This document shows, piece by piece, positions 51,031-61,052 of a DNA stretch of 64,000 nt (its first letter is position 1; each line of letters begins with the position of its first letter). The position numbers were made by a program, and so were the translations under genes. The stretch is from Craspedostauros australis (taxonomy: Eukaryota). Location of the stretch: positions 1-64,000 of the forward strand of contig JALAGF010004817.1 of assembly GCA_030167865.1 (NCBI GenBank), in the 5' to 3' direction. A model generated the notes under the pieces. It was given only the letters and a program-made list of their open reading frames with translations. It ran no database searches and had not been told where the DNA came from.

Positions 51031-51391
51031 TACGAGCCACTCGTTCCCATTCAAGTGCTTTTCGACCAATACATACGCATAGTGATTGGAGATGGATAGA
51101 TCTGTGGCGCTGTTCCTTGACCTTTGACGCAATGCAATCCGATGGCATGAGACAATCTTCGTACAAGTATGGAAAACGATTTCAAGGCGCCGTGGCAGCG
51201 TTCCACTTTGAACTACGGATGCGCAGCATGGAGTTGCTTCATGCATACCTCGCCACTCTACCATATGCTCTGTGCCATCGACATGATTACTGTTAATGCG
51301 TTGAGGTTTATTGAATTCGTTTAAAAATATGATTGCAATTGCTTCGCATTGTGCTTGCTCGGTGCATAACGATCCTCCATCGTTATGTGCA

Positions 51392-53644
51392 CTACTGATC
51401 GAGAAGGGTGTACTGAGCCTCGACGATGTCGGGCTGAGGTTCCATGCGCGGCATGTACTTGGCGCGCTGGCGTTGGTTGCCAGCCTTGGCGGCTGCGGAG
51501 GCAACGAGGATGAGCAGGAAACCACCCGCGACGATCCATCGGAAGGTGTCGGTGAGAATGTTGAATTCGACCTTGAGGCAGGATCCGTTTTCGGAGATCT
51601 CGTCGCAGATGGGGCTGTGGATGATGGTGTCGGTGATGGTCGGCATGAGGATGTCCACCATGACGATGGCGACGATGAAGACCTCCCATGCGCAGAAGGC
51701 GCCGAGGAAGTTGATGGCGGTCGTCATGGGGATGACGGCGGTATCGCGCACGTACGGCAGCTTGTCCACAATGCCGACCGTTGCGCACAACGCGGAACGC
51801 ACAAGGGGACCCAGAACGCAGAAGAGCGAGAATGTGCTCATGAGGAGGTTGTCCCAGCCGCCCGCCGCGCCCGTCGTCTCCATGAGGGAGTGCAGGGAGT
51901 ACTTTAGTCCCAGATCGAGACCGAGGACGTCATGCAGCAGTTTTGGCGCCGCGCCCTTGACCTCACGGCCCATGCTGGGCAGCTGCACGGCGAGGTACAT
52001 GAGGTAGGCCGTCGCCGCAGCCGCGATCATGAAGACGATCGAGAAGAGGTAGGAGGTGTCGGGATCGCTGGTGCCGGGCTGGCCCTGTTCCTGTTGCTGC
52101 CTCCGCTGTCTTGACTGCAGACGCTGATATTCACGACGGCGCTTGCTTCGCCTCTGACGGGGCGTGTTGTGTTCCGAATCGTCGCCGGCGTCCATGTCGA
52201 GAGGCGTCATGCGGGAGTTGGGTTGGCCGTGATGCGCGTTGCCATCCTCCATCTGCACCAGCGGTTCTTGCAGCGACAAGGCGTGATTGTCGAGGAATCC
52301 CAGCAGGGTGCGCGAGACATGCTGGCGACGCAAGGTGTCAAGGTCCGCCTTGTGATCGTACCAATCGACGATGATGCTGAGAAGGATGGATATGATGACC
52401 GCGCCGCAGAAGGCGTAGATGCCGACCATTCCCTCCACGCGCAGGGTGGCCAGTCCGCCGCCGCTGGTTTCCACGCCCCTGGCGATGGAACGGCCCGTCT
52501 TCTGCGCCCAGTGCGGGTCGTTGAAGACCTTGTGCACGAAGGTGAGGCAGGCGTCACACTTGGTCTTGCGGACGATCTTCCTTTGCTTCGCGCACTCCCA
52601 GTGCAGCAGGTAGTCGCAGACCTGCCCCGTGGTGTACTGGCTGTGCACGATGGAGAGTATTTCCGGTAGATCTGCGATGACGCCCTTCTTGATGGCCGCC
52701 GGGTCTACGATCCAGTTGAGGTGCAGCACCCCGACCATGACGCAGACGACGAGGACGTCCGCCAGACTCCACTTGCCGAGCGTGCTGAGGGTGGAGAGGA
52801 GGCGGGTGCGGCCACGACCGCCGCGGAAGCAGAGGAAGGTGAGGTTGAGGAGGATGAGCTTGAGGTGGGGCCAGATGCCGGAGAACATGACGAGGATGGC
52901 GGCGCCAAAGCGCGGGAGGGTTTTGCTGGGCATCTTCTTGGCCTCCCAGAGCTCCTGGATGGCGAACCAGTACGTGAAGGTGTTCATGTCCTTGTCCTGC
53001 TGGAAGGTGACGTGTTGGTCGTAGTCCACGCCGGCCGCGTAGAATGCGCCCTTTGCGGTGTTGGAGGTTGCGTTGGCCCAGACATCGATGTCAGCGAAGG
53101 CGCGCAGCTTCCACATGACGACCGTCTGTCCGTAATAGAACAGCGCGTGGGTGGCGAGGCACAGCAGAGGAAGGAGCAATGCAACAGCCCAAGGCGTGGT
53201 GGGTGCCTTGACCAGGGCCGGTCGGGGCAGCGAATCTTCCTCACCGAAGTTTCCACCTGCGTTTGGATCTATCTCTGCATCTATCTCTACATCTGTGCTT
53301 GCACTGGTATGAGCATGCATGTCAGCAGCAGCGGCGCTGCCGAGGGGATCGCTGGAATCTGCAGTCGTGTTGAGCAACAGTGGTTGTTGCTCCAACTCAT
53401 TCCGCGCATCGCTTAGAGCTTCGCTGAGGGTGTCGCTGACCGTGCTCTGTGACTTGGTGGGAGATTTGCCTGCAGGAGCGGCGGAAGCGGCCGAAGCGGG
53501 GTCATTTTGTTCCGTATCCTTCGCCTCGCTGCTGGTGCTACTGCTGGGGTTGCCACTGTCGGATGGCGTCACCGATTCGCCTTCTGCGGTTGCCTCTGAG
53601 GCCGAGGCCGGCTCTGCTTGATCTGCATCCGTCGCTGCTGTCAT
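51392..53644 (-). CDS. Multi-pass membrane protein with two PqiA (paraquat-inducible protein A)-like domains
   Basis: FSGIWPHLKL...LSTLGKWSLADVLVV, plus a second copy FCVLGPLVR...FCAWEVFIVAI. Intronless 750-aa ORF. Confidence 0.75.
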   Translation of the reverse strand: MTAATDADQAEPASASEATAEGESVTPSDSGNPSSSTSSEAKDTEQNDPASAASAAPAGKSPTKSQSTVSDTLSEALSDARNELEQQPLLLNTTADSSDPLGSAAAADMHAHTSASTDVEIDAEIDPNAGGNFGEEDSLPRPALVKAPTTPWAVALLLPLLCLATHALFYYGQTVVMWKLRAFADIDVWANATSNTAKGAFYAAGVDYDQHVTFQQDKDMNTFTYWFAIQELWEAKKMPSKTLPRFGAAILVMFSGIWPHLKLILLNLTFLCFRGGRGRTRLLSTLSTLGKWSLADVLVVCVMVGVLHLNWIVDPAAIKKGVIADLPEILSIVHSQYTTGQVCDYLLHWECAKQRKIVRKTKCDACLTFVHKVFNDPHWAQKTGRSIARGVETSGGGLATLRVEGMVGIYAFCGAVIISILLSIIVDWYDHKADLDTLRRQHVSRTLLGFLDNHALSLQEPLVQMEDGNAHHGQPNSRMTPLDMDAGDDSEHNTPRQRRSKRRREYQRLQSRQRRQQQEQGQPGTSDPDTSYLFSIVFMIAAAATAYLMYLAVQLPSMGREVKGAAPKLLHDVLGLDLGLKYSLHSLMETTGAAGGWDNLLMSTFSLFCVLGPLVRSALCATVGIVDKLPYVRDTAVIPMTTAINFLGAFCAWEVFIVAIVMVDILMPTITDTIIHSPICDEISENGSCLKVEFNILTDTFRWIVAGGFLLILVASAAAKAGNQRQRAKYMPRMEPQPDIVEAQYTLLDQ

Positions 53645-53650
53645 GATTGT

Positions 53651-53746
53651 TATTGTGGTTGTTATTGTGGTTGCTATTGTGGTTGCTATTGTGGTTGCTA
53701 TTGTGGTTGCTATTGTGGTTGCTGTTGTGGTTGCTATTGTGGTTGC
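53651..53746. repeat. Minisatellite, 8 x 12 bp (TATTGTGGTTGC), directly upstream of the PqiA-like start codon
   Basis: Eight consecutive units counted, two of them with one substitution. Confidence 0.95.
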
Positions 53747-55399
53747 AAGTTTAGTTGGGCTTGATGGTTGTGGAGTGGTTGGAGGGTTGACACGTCAATC
53801 TCCTCCCAATCTTTTGTTCCTGTGCTACGACTATTGCACGAACGAGCAGTACGATTGAATGCCGTCAATGAAGCGATCTGCCGTTCCCAGCCGCATGTAA
53901 CAGTGCAGATCGTACTGTTGCTCTGTTGCTCTGTTGCTCTGTTGCTCTCTTGCTCTGTGTCAATGCTCCCAACTGTGATGTCCAGCTTGGGTGTTTGGAT
54001 GTGTGATGTGTGATGTTGGAAGAGCAAGAAAGAGAGAAGGGAAGAAGAGAGACACGCAAACACCACATGACATGGCGAACGCCTGCCTTGTTGCGTCCGT
54101 TGGTTGTGTTGTTGGCGCGAATGTTGTTGTTGGTGCGGCAGAGCAGTCGTGCGTGTGCATCTCCTTGACACCATCTCTTTCGTGCCAACGCTCTCTCTGT
54201 TGCCTTCCCTTCGTTGGAGATTCTCGCGCTGTTCTGTTGACGTTTTGTTCTTCACGTTGCATCAGGCGTCTTTGCTGTTCTGGAGGACTGTGAGTCGTGT
54301 CCAGAAACACAGATTCTGATTTCGCCGTTTCGCAAGTGTGATTTGTTCGTGGATACTTTGATTACTCCGAACAATATGATCAGGTCGACCATTGTGACCA
54401 CTTCGATTGTGACATCGATGAAGCCTGTGGCACTTTGGTAGCTTCTTCACACGTTCCCAAACGGTTCTCCTCTCATTTATCGTTCAGTGACGCATGACCT
54501 GACACTCCGACCAATGGAATCGTAGTTCCAGTCACCAAGGCACGCCTGCCAATTTGAGGAGGGATTGCGTGATGTGGTCTTGTGTCGCTCACCTTCCGCT
54601 GTGACACCGACCTCGTGACTGTTTTTGGCGGACGGACTCTGTCACGCTGTGACTGCATGTGACAACGTTGAACGCATCGCCCTGTTTGACAAATTTCTTT
54701 CTGTTGTGCGCACATGGCCGTCAACTCTTTGGATCCGTCCTCTGCCTCTCGGATTCTTGTCCACCGACATCCATCTCTTTCTTGACCTGGACCTCGCAAT
54801 CACCAGCACCATCATCCATCATCCATCATCCGTCATCCGCCATCTATCATCGTCACATCCAGTCAACCAACCATCCTCTTTGTGTCATACTAAACTCATC
54901 CTCGATTGCGAGTAGAAATCGGCCTCACGATCATAGTCAAACGACGAACCCATCGCATTGTTGATTCTCCATCTGCATTGGAAGATCGCAGAACAATACT
55001 GTAGGTACTCTCGAGAGCACTCTCTGACAATAGTCATAGGTCGGACGACTACGACCAGGAAAGAGAGCGTAGAACAGTGGTCAGCATCAAGTTTCCCGAC
55101 ATTCTCACTTGCGCGCCCTCACGATCGTGGATACTCCCATCGTTTTCGCAGGTGCGATTAGACCACAACCTCAAGCAGAAAACGAACCTGAGCTACAGGG
55201 CACAATCACAATCACAAGCACAAGCACAGTCATAGCTCGCACGCACAGAGAGAGAGAGAGACAGACCGCTACAACAGGGAATCCACCCCATATTACCCCA
55301 TCCCATCCCATCCCATCCCATCCAACCTAATCCAATCCAATCCATCCATTCTATTCAACCCATCCAACCACAAATACAGCCAGTCAACCATTGGACAAC

Positions 55400-58300
55400 A
55401 TGTTCGGACGCGGGAGCGCACCCGCCAAGGAGGAGCAAGTAGACGATGATGACGTCTCTTTGGATTCCTTCGGCTCTGCCGCATCGTCAAGATCGTCGGG
55501 ATCGTCAAGGTCATCCAGATCGTCGGCGTCGTCTGGCACCTATGAGACCTTCCGATATCATGATGCGGCAAGCGAGAGCCCGGACAGACCTCATGGAGAC
55601 GCCAACAGCGTCTTCGATGCAAGCCACAAGAGCGATGCTCTCAGCACCGCGACACCGATGGTTTCCAACAGGATGGACCCGGATCTCAGCCGCAACGGCC
55701 ATGCAAATGGCCACAGAAATGGAATGAATCCGCAGATCGACACAACTACGCTCAAGGCACAAAGTCAGCGTCAGCAGAAGAAGGCGTCACAAAAGGATTT
55801 CAAACGGCAGCATAGCGGCGTCTCGCAGTCCATCTGGAATGCTTCCAACGCCGTCGTGGGGACCGTCGACAAGACGACGCGAATGACCTTCAATTGCATC
55901 AAGCGCGGCATCTTCAACATCCCGTCCAAGTGGCCGCGCATCTATTCCTTCATCGTGGGCGTCGTCTTCCCTCTGTGGTTGCTCATCGGCGTCTCCCTGC
56001 TCTTGGGATATTACTTGTCCGTGGCCGAGGCACCGGAAGAGATCACCACCAATGACAGCATCCTCGCCGAACGCGCCTCCCTCATGCTCAACGAGACGAT
56101 CCAAAACGGCGGCGTCATCAGCTCGATCGGCATCCTAACTGGGGTGGACCCTATCACGCAACCTCCGACCAGCACTTTCAGCGCGTCGCCCTCGCAGCTT
56201 CCGTCGGCGTCTCCGTCCGATATGCCGAGCTCCTTGCCAAGCACTGCACCCTCCGCCGTGCCAACTCCCTTGGCATCCTCCACGCCCACTTCTGTGCCCA
56301 CTTCTGTGCCCACGTCCCTCTTCAGCGCTTCGCCGACCTTCAACGGCACGAATATCACGGACGTCATTGGGAACTTCACGGACGCCACTGGGAATACCAC
56401 AGATGCCGACAACGTCACGGCGGGAGTCGAGGTGGACGTCGAGGTCGACGATCAGCTGCGACGTCAACTCCACGTCCAAGATCAGCGGCGACGCCGACAG
56501 CAGCAGCACAAGAGGAAGGTGCGGCATCTGCAACATCGCCGAAATGCCCATCGCGCATCGCGCAAATTGGGGGGATTTGCTGACGACAACGTCGGCAGCA
56601 CGGGATCGCTCGCAACATCCCTCGGCGATTACTTTGAGGGAAGCCCGGTGGAGATCTTCGATTCTGTCTCCCAAGCCTTTGATGCGCTCACCTTCAATTG
56701 GATCAGGTACGCTATCTGCAGGAGCACTGCTGTGATGCTGTGTGGAATATTGAATCATACCGCTATGTTCATCATGATTTTTCGTTCGCCCTGTTTGTGC
56801 TCGTGCAGACAGCGCATCCTATCACTCACACGGCCATCCATCTATCCATAACTGCACTCGCACTTGAACTCGCGCTTGAACTCCAACTCTTGCTCGTATT
56901 GTATCCAGATGCTGGGATGAAGAGAAGATCGATCTATTCCAAGTCTTCCGACCGACTGACGAACACATCAAATTTGCCAGATACGATTCGCAGCTTGATT
57001 ACTACATCACAACGTGGACGAATGATCACAATCAGCTCTACAAACGCTACGTCAGCGACACCCCCAACGCGGATGATGATGTCAAGCAGCTCGCCTTCCT
57101 GCGGGCCACAGCGGAAGCCTCCGGCAGCGAAGGCTGTTCCGAGAACTTCGCCGGAACTGCATGGTTCTGGTTCACCATCATGACCACCGTCGGGTATGGA
57201 AATCAGGCGCCCGTCACATCGACAGGACGGGCCATCGTGTGGACAGCAGGTTTCTTCAGCATCCTCCTCTTCGCCGGCGTGCTTGGATTTGCCGGATTCA
57301 TCTTCTCCTCCATCTTCGAGGACATCGTGACGCGCGGGAAGAGCAGACTCGGCTTCCTGGCCAACCCCAGCGTGGGGTGCATCATCTGGGGCGCCGCGTG
57401 GTTCTCGTGGATGCTCGTTATCGCGGAGAGCATCGACAGGTTTTGGAACGAGCGTCTGGGAGTGGAGGATTTCGCGACGCAGGGTGAGGCCCTGTGGTTT
57501 GCCTACATCTCAACAACGACGGTGGGTCTGGGAGATTTTTATCTGGATCCCGAGGGCATCTTCCTCATCGACGTCCTGAACTATTCCTTGCAGTTCCTGG
57601 TGGGCTTCGTGCTGCTGTCGTCCTTCCTCGGTAAATTCGGTGGAATGCTGAATGGCTGCGCCCCCAACATCGGTGATCGGTTGCCAGACAGCCTGGCGAA
57701 CAGCTACATCTTCATGTGCAGACTCACCGACTTCGGTTGCAAGCGCAACTACGGCATCCGCAGCGAGGGCGAGATCAAGAAGGATCGCCGCGATCGTCGC
57801 CTTCTCTACCTCGAGCGATTGGTGACAGATCACACGCGCGAAGACGAAAATGGCAACACCGTGGAGCAACCCATCAATCCATCCTACGGCAATTCCAGAG
57901 GTGATGGTAACGGTGCGGGCGGACCCAATTTGTTGGTGCAGGACACGCTCGGTCAGACCCAGCCAGCGAAACAGATCTCCGTGGCCGAGATTGAAGATCC
58001 GAAGGACCCGCTCGATCTGCGCAACGAGGAGGTGGACGAAGCCTTGAGGTTGGAAGAGATCATGCTCACGAAGCTCCTGCGAACGGTCCAACGCAAGCGG
58101 CGTCAGCGAAAGAGACAGCAAGACATCATGCACATGATGGAAGAGCAACGGGCAAAGCTGGAATCGCTCAAGGAAAAGGTGCGCGACATGGGCAGACTGG
58201 ACTCACATGACGAAGAAATGCTCAACGAGTCGCTTGGTGATCGTCTTATGGCGGGCGACGACGACGAAGACGACAACATCGATTTCTTGGAAAATCAGAT

Positions 58301-58427
58301 GAACTTCGCCAGGCATCTGACTTCTCCGCTCTCCGAAGATGGGCAATCGCCTTCAAGCAAGGGCGTCGGGCAGGATGTCGCGGATCCACGAAGGAAGTCA
58401 ACCAAGGCTCCGCATCCACCGGAATAA
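55400..58427 (+). CDS. Two-pore-domain (K2P) potassium channel; exons 55400-56706 and 56909-58427
   Basis: Selectivity filters TTVGYGN and TTVGLGD, with four TM helices. The phase-2 intron GTACGC..TCCAG gives NWIR-CWDE in frame with the pore ORF. Confidence 0.88.
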
Positions 58428-59600
58428 GGTCTGTCAAAGATATCGTGGCGAGTCGGCGAGTGCACGCATGGTGAGCGTGTGTTTATTATCATGATCACCA
58501 TGTGCCTGCCACACCACTGATCAGGGAGATTGCTACCTGCGATCCTCGAATCGGCTCCGTTCGAAAGGCAGACACGCCAAGATCATTTCACAGCTGGCAC
58601 CATGAGATGTTGGCTGGAATCAAGCCTCAATACAAGTAGAGTAGAACACTTAAAGTGATCAATAGGAAAGTGTTCAGAATCACGATAACATAAGTCGAGT
58701 GCTGCTATCACTGTACCAGTATTATGTCGCATTCCGCCCAAATACGACCCATAATAATAATAGTAAACAATGTAACAGGGTCAGTGCTGGTGGACTTTCT
58801 GAATGGATTGCCAAGGGGAGGGCTGCACGTTTGAGGCTCGACATCTGGTTTGACGGCAGAGCGCAGACATCACCATTGCCGCTCCTCTGGAACGGTCATG
58901 AACACTCCTCACCAACTTGCTCTCCGAAACAAGACTTGACACCTCCCACGTCTGGACACAAGATGTGTTCTGCCATGTTCGCAAAATGGCTCTCCGAGGT
59001 TTCGCTGGTGTTCATCGGCAACAGTGATCATCACTGAGAGCACCAGACAGGGGCCAGGTCCATCCACACCAAGGGTGAGAGGCAGAGAAGGCGGCAACAG
59101 TGAACTCGTTCTCAGTCGCGCCCGCCAACACCACCAGAAGAGCCGGCTTCTCAGGAAGTCACGCACCACCGCCCACCATTGCGAGCGTCAGCGTCTCTCC
59201 AATTGTCCGCATGATTTGGCCGCACCTACGCTTACTCGTACTTTACGAACCGCAGAGACGCAGTTCTTCTCGCTGTGCAGCCTTCGCCATAATCCTCTTT
59301 GTTCACCTCCCAACCAGCATCCTCTCGTTTCGCCCCGAACCTTTCTCACTCCCTCCCTTGCGGCAACGGAGTGAAGCGAGTCGAAGTGAAGAACAAAAAG
59401 AGCTCTACACTGCGGTCTCAGTCGTATTGGTACGCATCTCTGCGCAGCACTCAGCTCACCATTACACGGATAGTCTCTCTGCGTCGACAACCACAACAAC
59501 AACAGCAATCATCCACTGTGTGTCCATAAATCCGCAATCCATCCACTTACCTACGCATTCTCTTCCCAAACCAACCAAACCAACCAACAACGGAACCATC

Positions 59601-60755
59601 ATGACCTACCGCCCCAACGAGAAGGTCTCCCGACGCAAGAGATCATACAAGTCCGATGTGAAATTCTCGCCGCCGGACCGGTATGGCCAATTGCACCCCA
59701 TCGAGACGACGGAGGTTGTCCAGAAGAAGATCAAGGATATCGACGTGCAGTTGGCGCAGATTCCCGATGACGAGAAGTGTTGCTACCTGCAGGCCGTAGA
59801 TCGTTGTCCAGGGTTGGTTTCACAGCGAGAGAAGCTCATGTTCCTGCGCTCCGAGGTATTCAACGTCGAGGTGAGACAACAACAAGCCACCACGCATGAT
59901 ATTGCTGAGTCCAACACTGCATATCTGGAGAGCAGTATCCTCTTTTGTCGTCTCAGGCAGAGATGTGCTTCAGTGTGGCTTCCCTTGTTGCAACCATCGC
60001 CATCGCTCACAATATTCGGTTCTGACATCATCTCCACCCTTTTGTCGTTACCTGTCACAACCCGCCACCACCTGCATCATATCACATCACACCGCATCGA
60101 ATACTCTACACTCTTCTAGCTAGCTGCGCGACGCCTCGTCGATTACTGGGAAAGACGGGTTGAGCTCTTTGGACCACAGAAGGCGTTCCAACCACTTACA
60201 CTGAATCAAGCACTGAGGGATGACACCGCCGCCCTCGAGAACGGCACAGTCGGCATCTTCCCTCACAAGGTCGATGATGCCGGACGCCAGGTCATTGTGT
60301 ACGACCCGTCCAAGTTGGATGCGACGGCGCATTCTCGAGAATCCTGCACCCGAGCACTGTGGTACTTCATCCACGCGGCCCTCGAGGACGAGGATACGCA
60401 AAAGCATGGCGTCATCGTGATCGTGACGCCGAAGGATGTCAAGTTCTCCCAATTCGACGCGCAGCAGGAGATCATGATCGTGCGCACGCTCAAGCGCCTC
60501 GTTCCCATGCGCGTGTCCGCCGTCCATATCTGCCGTCCCGCCTACTTCTTCTCCGTCATCTGGCCCTACATCAAGATCTTCTTCGGTCAGAAGCTGCGCC
60601 GCCGTGTCGTGATTCACTACGGTTCCGATTTCCACATCACGCAGCAATTGAAGAAGTACGGTATGCACCGGTGCAACCTTCCCAGCGATGTCGGAGGCTT
60701 CATCATGTTCGATCAGATCGGGTGGCTGCGAAAACGCCGCCTGCATGGTCTGTGA
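59601..60755 (+). CDS. CRAL-TRIO (Sec14-like) lipid-binding protein; exons 59601-59870 and 60120-60755
   Basis: LMFLRSEVFNVE|LAARRLVDYW, TQKHGV, PMRVSAVHIC.P..F and LPSDVGG. Confidence 0.85.
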
Positions 60756-61052
60756 CGAGCCTTGCTGGATCGTGCCATCGCGTTTCCCTCTTGCGCCGTT
60801 TGCAAGGAGGACTTTCGTTGCATGGCGACTGATTCTGCCAGTTCATGAACCGCTTTCGCGGCCAAACAATTAGAGAAGAGCACAAAGTAGAACATTGCAT
60901 ATATAATAGTAGACACTACATTCTAACGATACAACGGAAGCGAACGATGGGCCTCTTGAATGCTTGATTGATTGACTGAGGACTATAGTCAGAGTGGTGA
61001 GCTGCCGCTGACGAGATTTAATGACTGCGCAAGTTCATTTTGCTTACTCTCT

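Noticed and set aside
53651-53746. CRISPR-like array, or the ORF MIVIVVVIVVAIVV...
   Set aside because: This is a contiguous 12-bp tandem repeat with no spacers and no cas genes. The hydrophobic ORF is a translation of the repeat.
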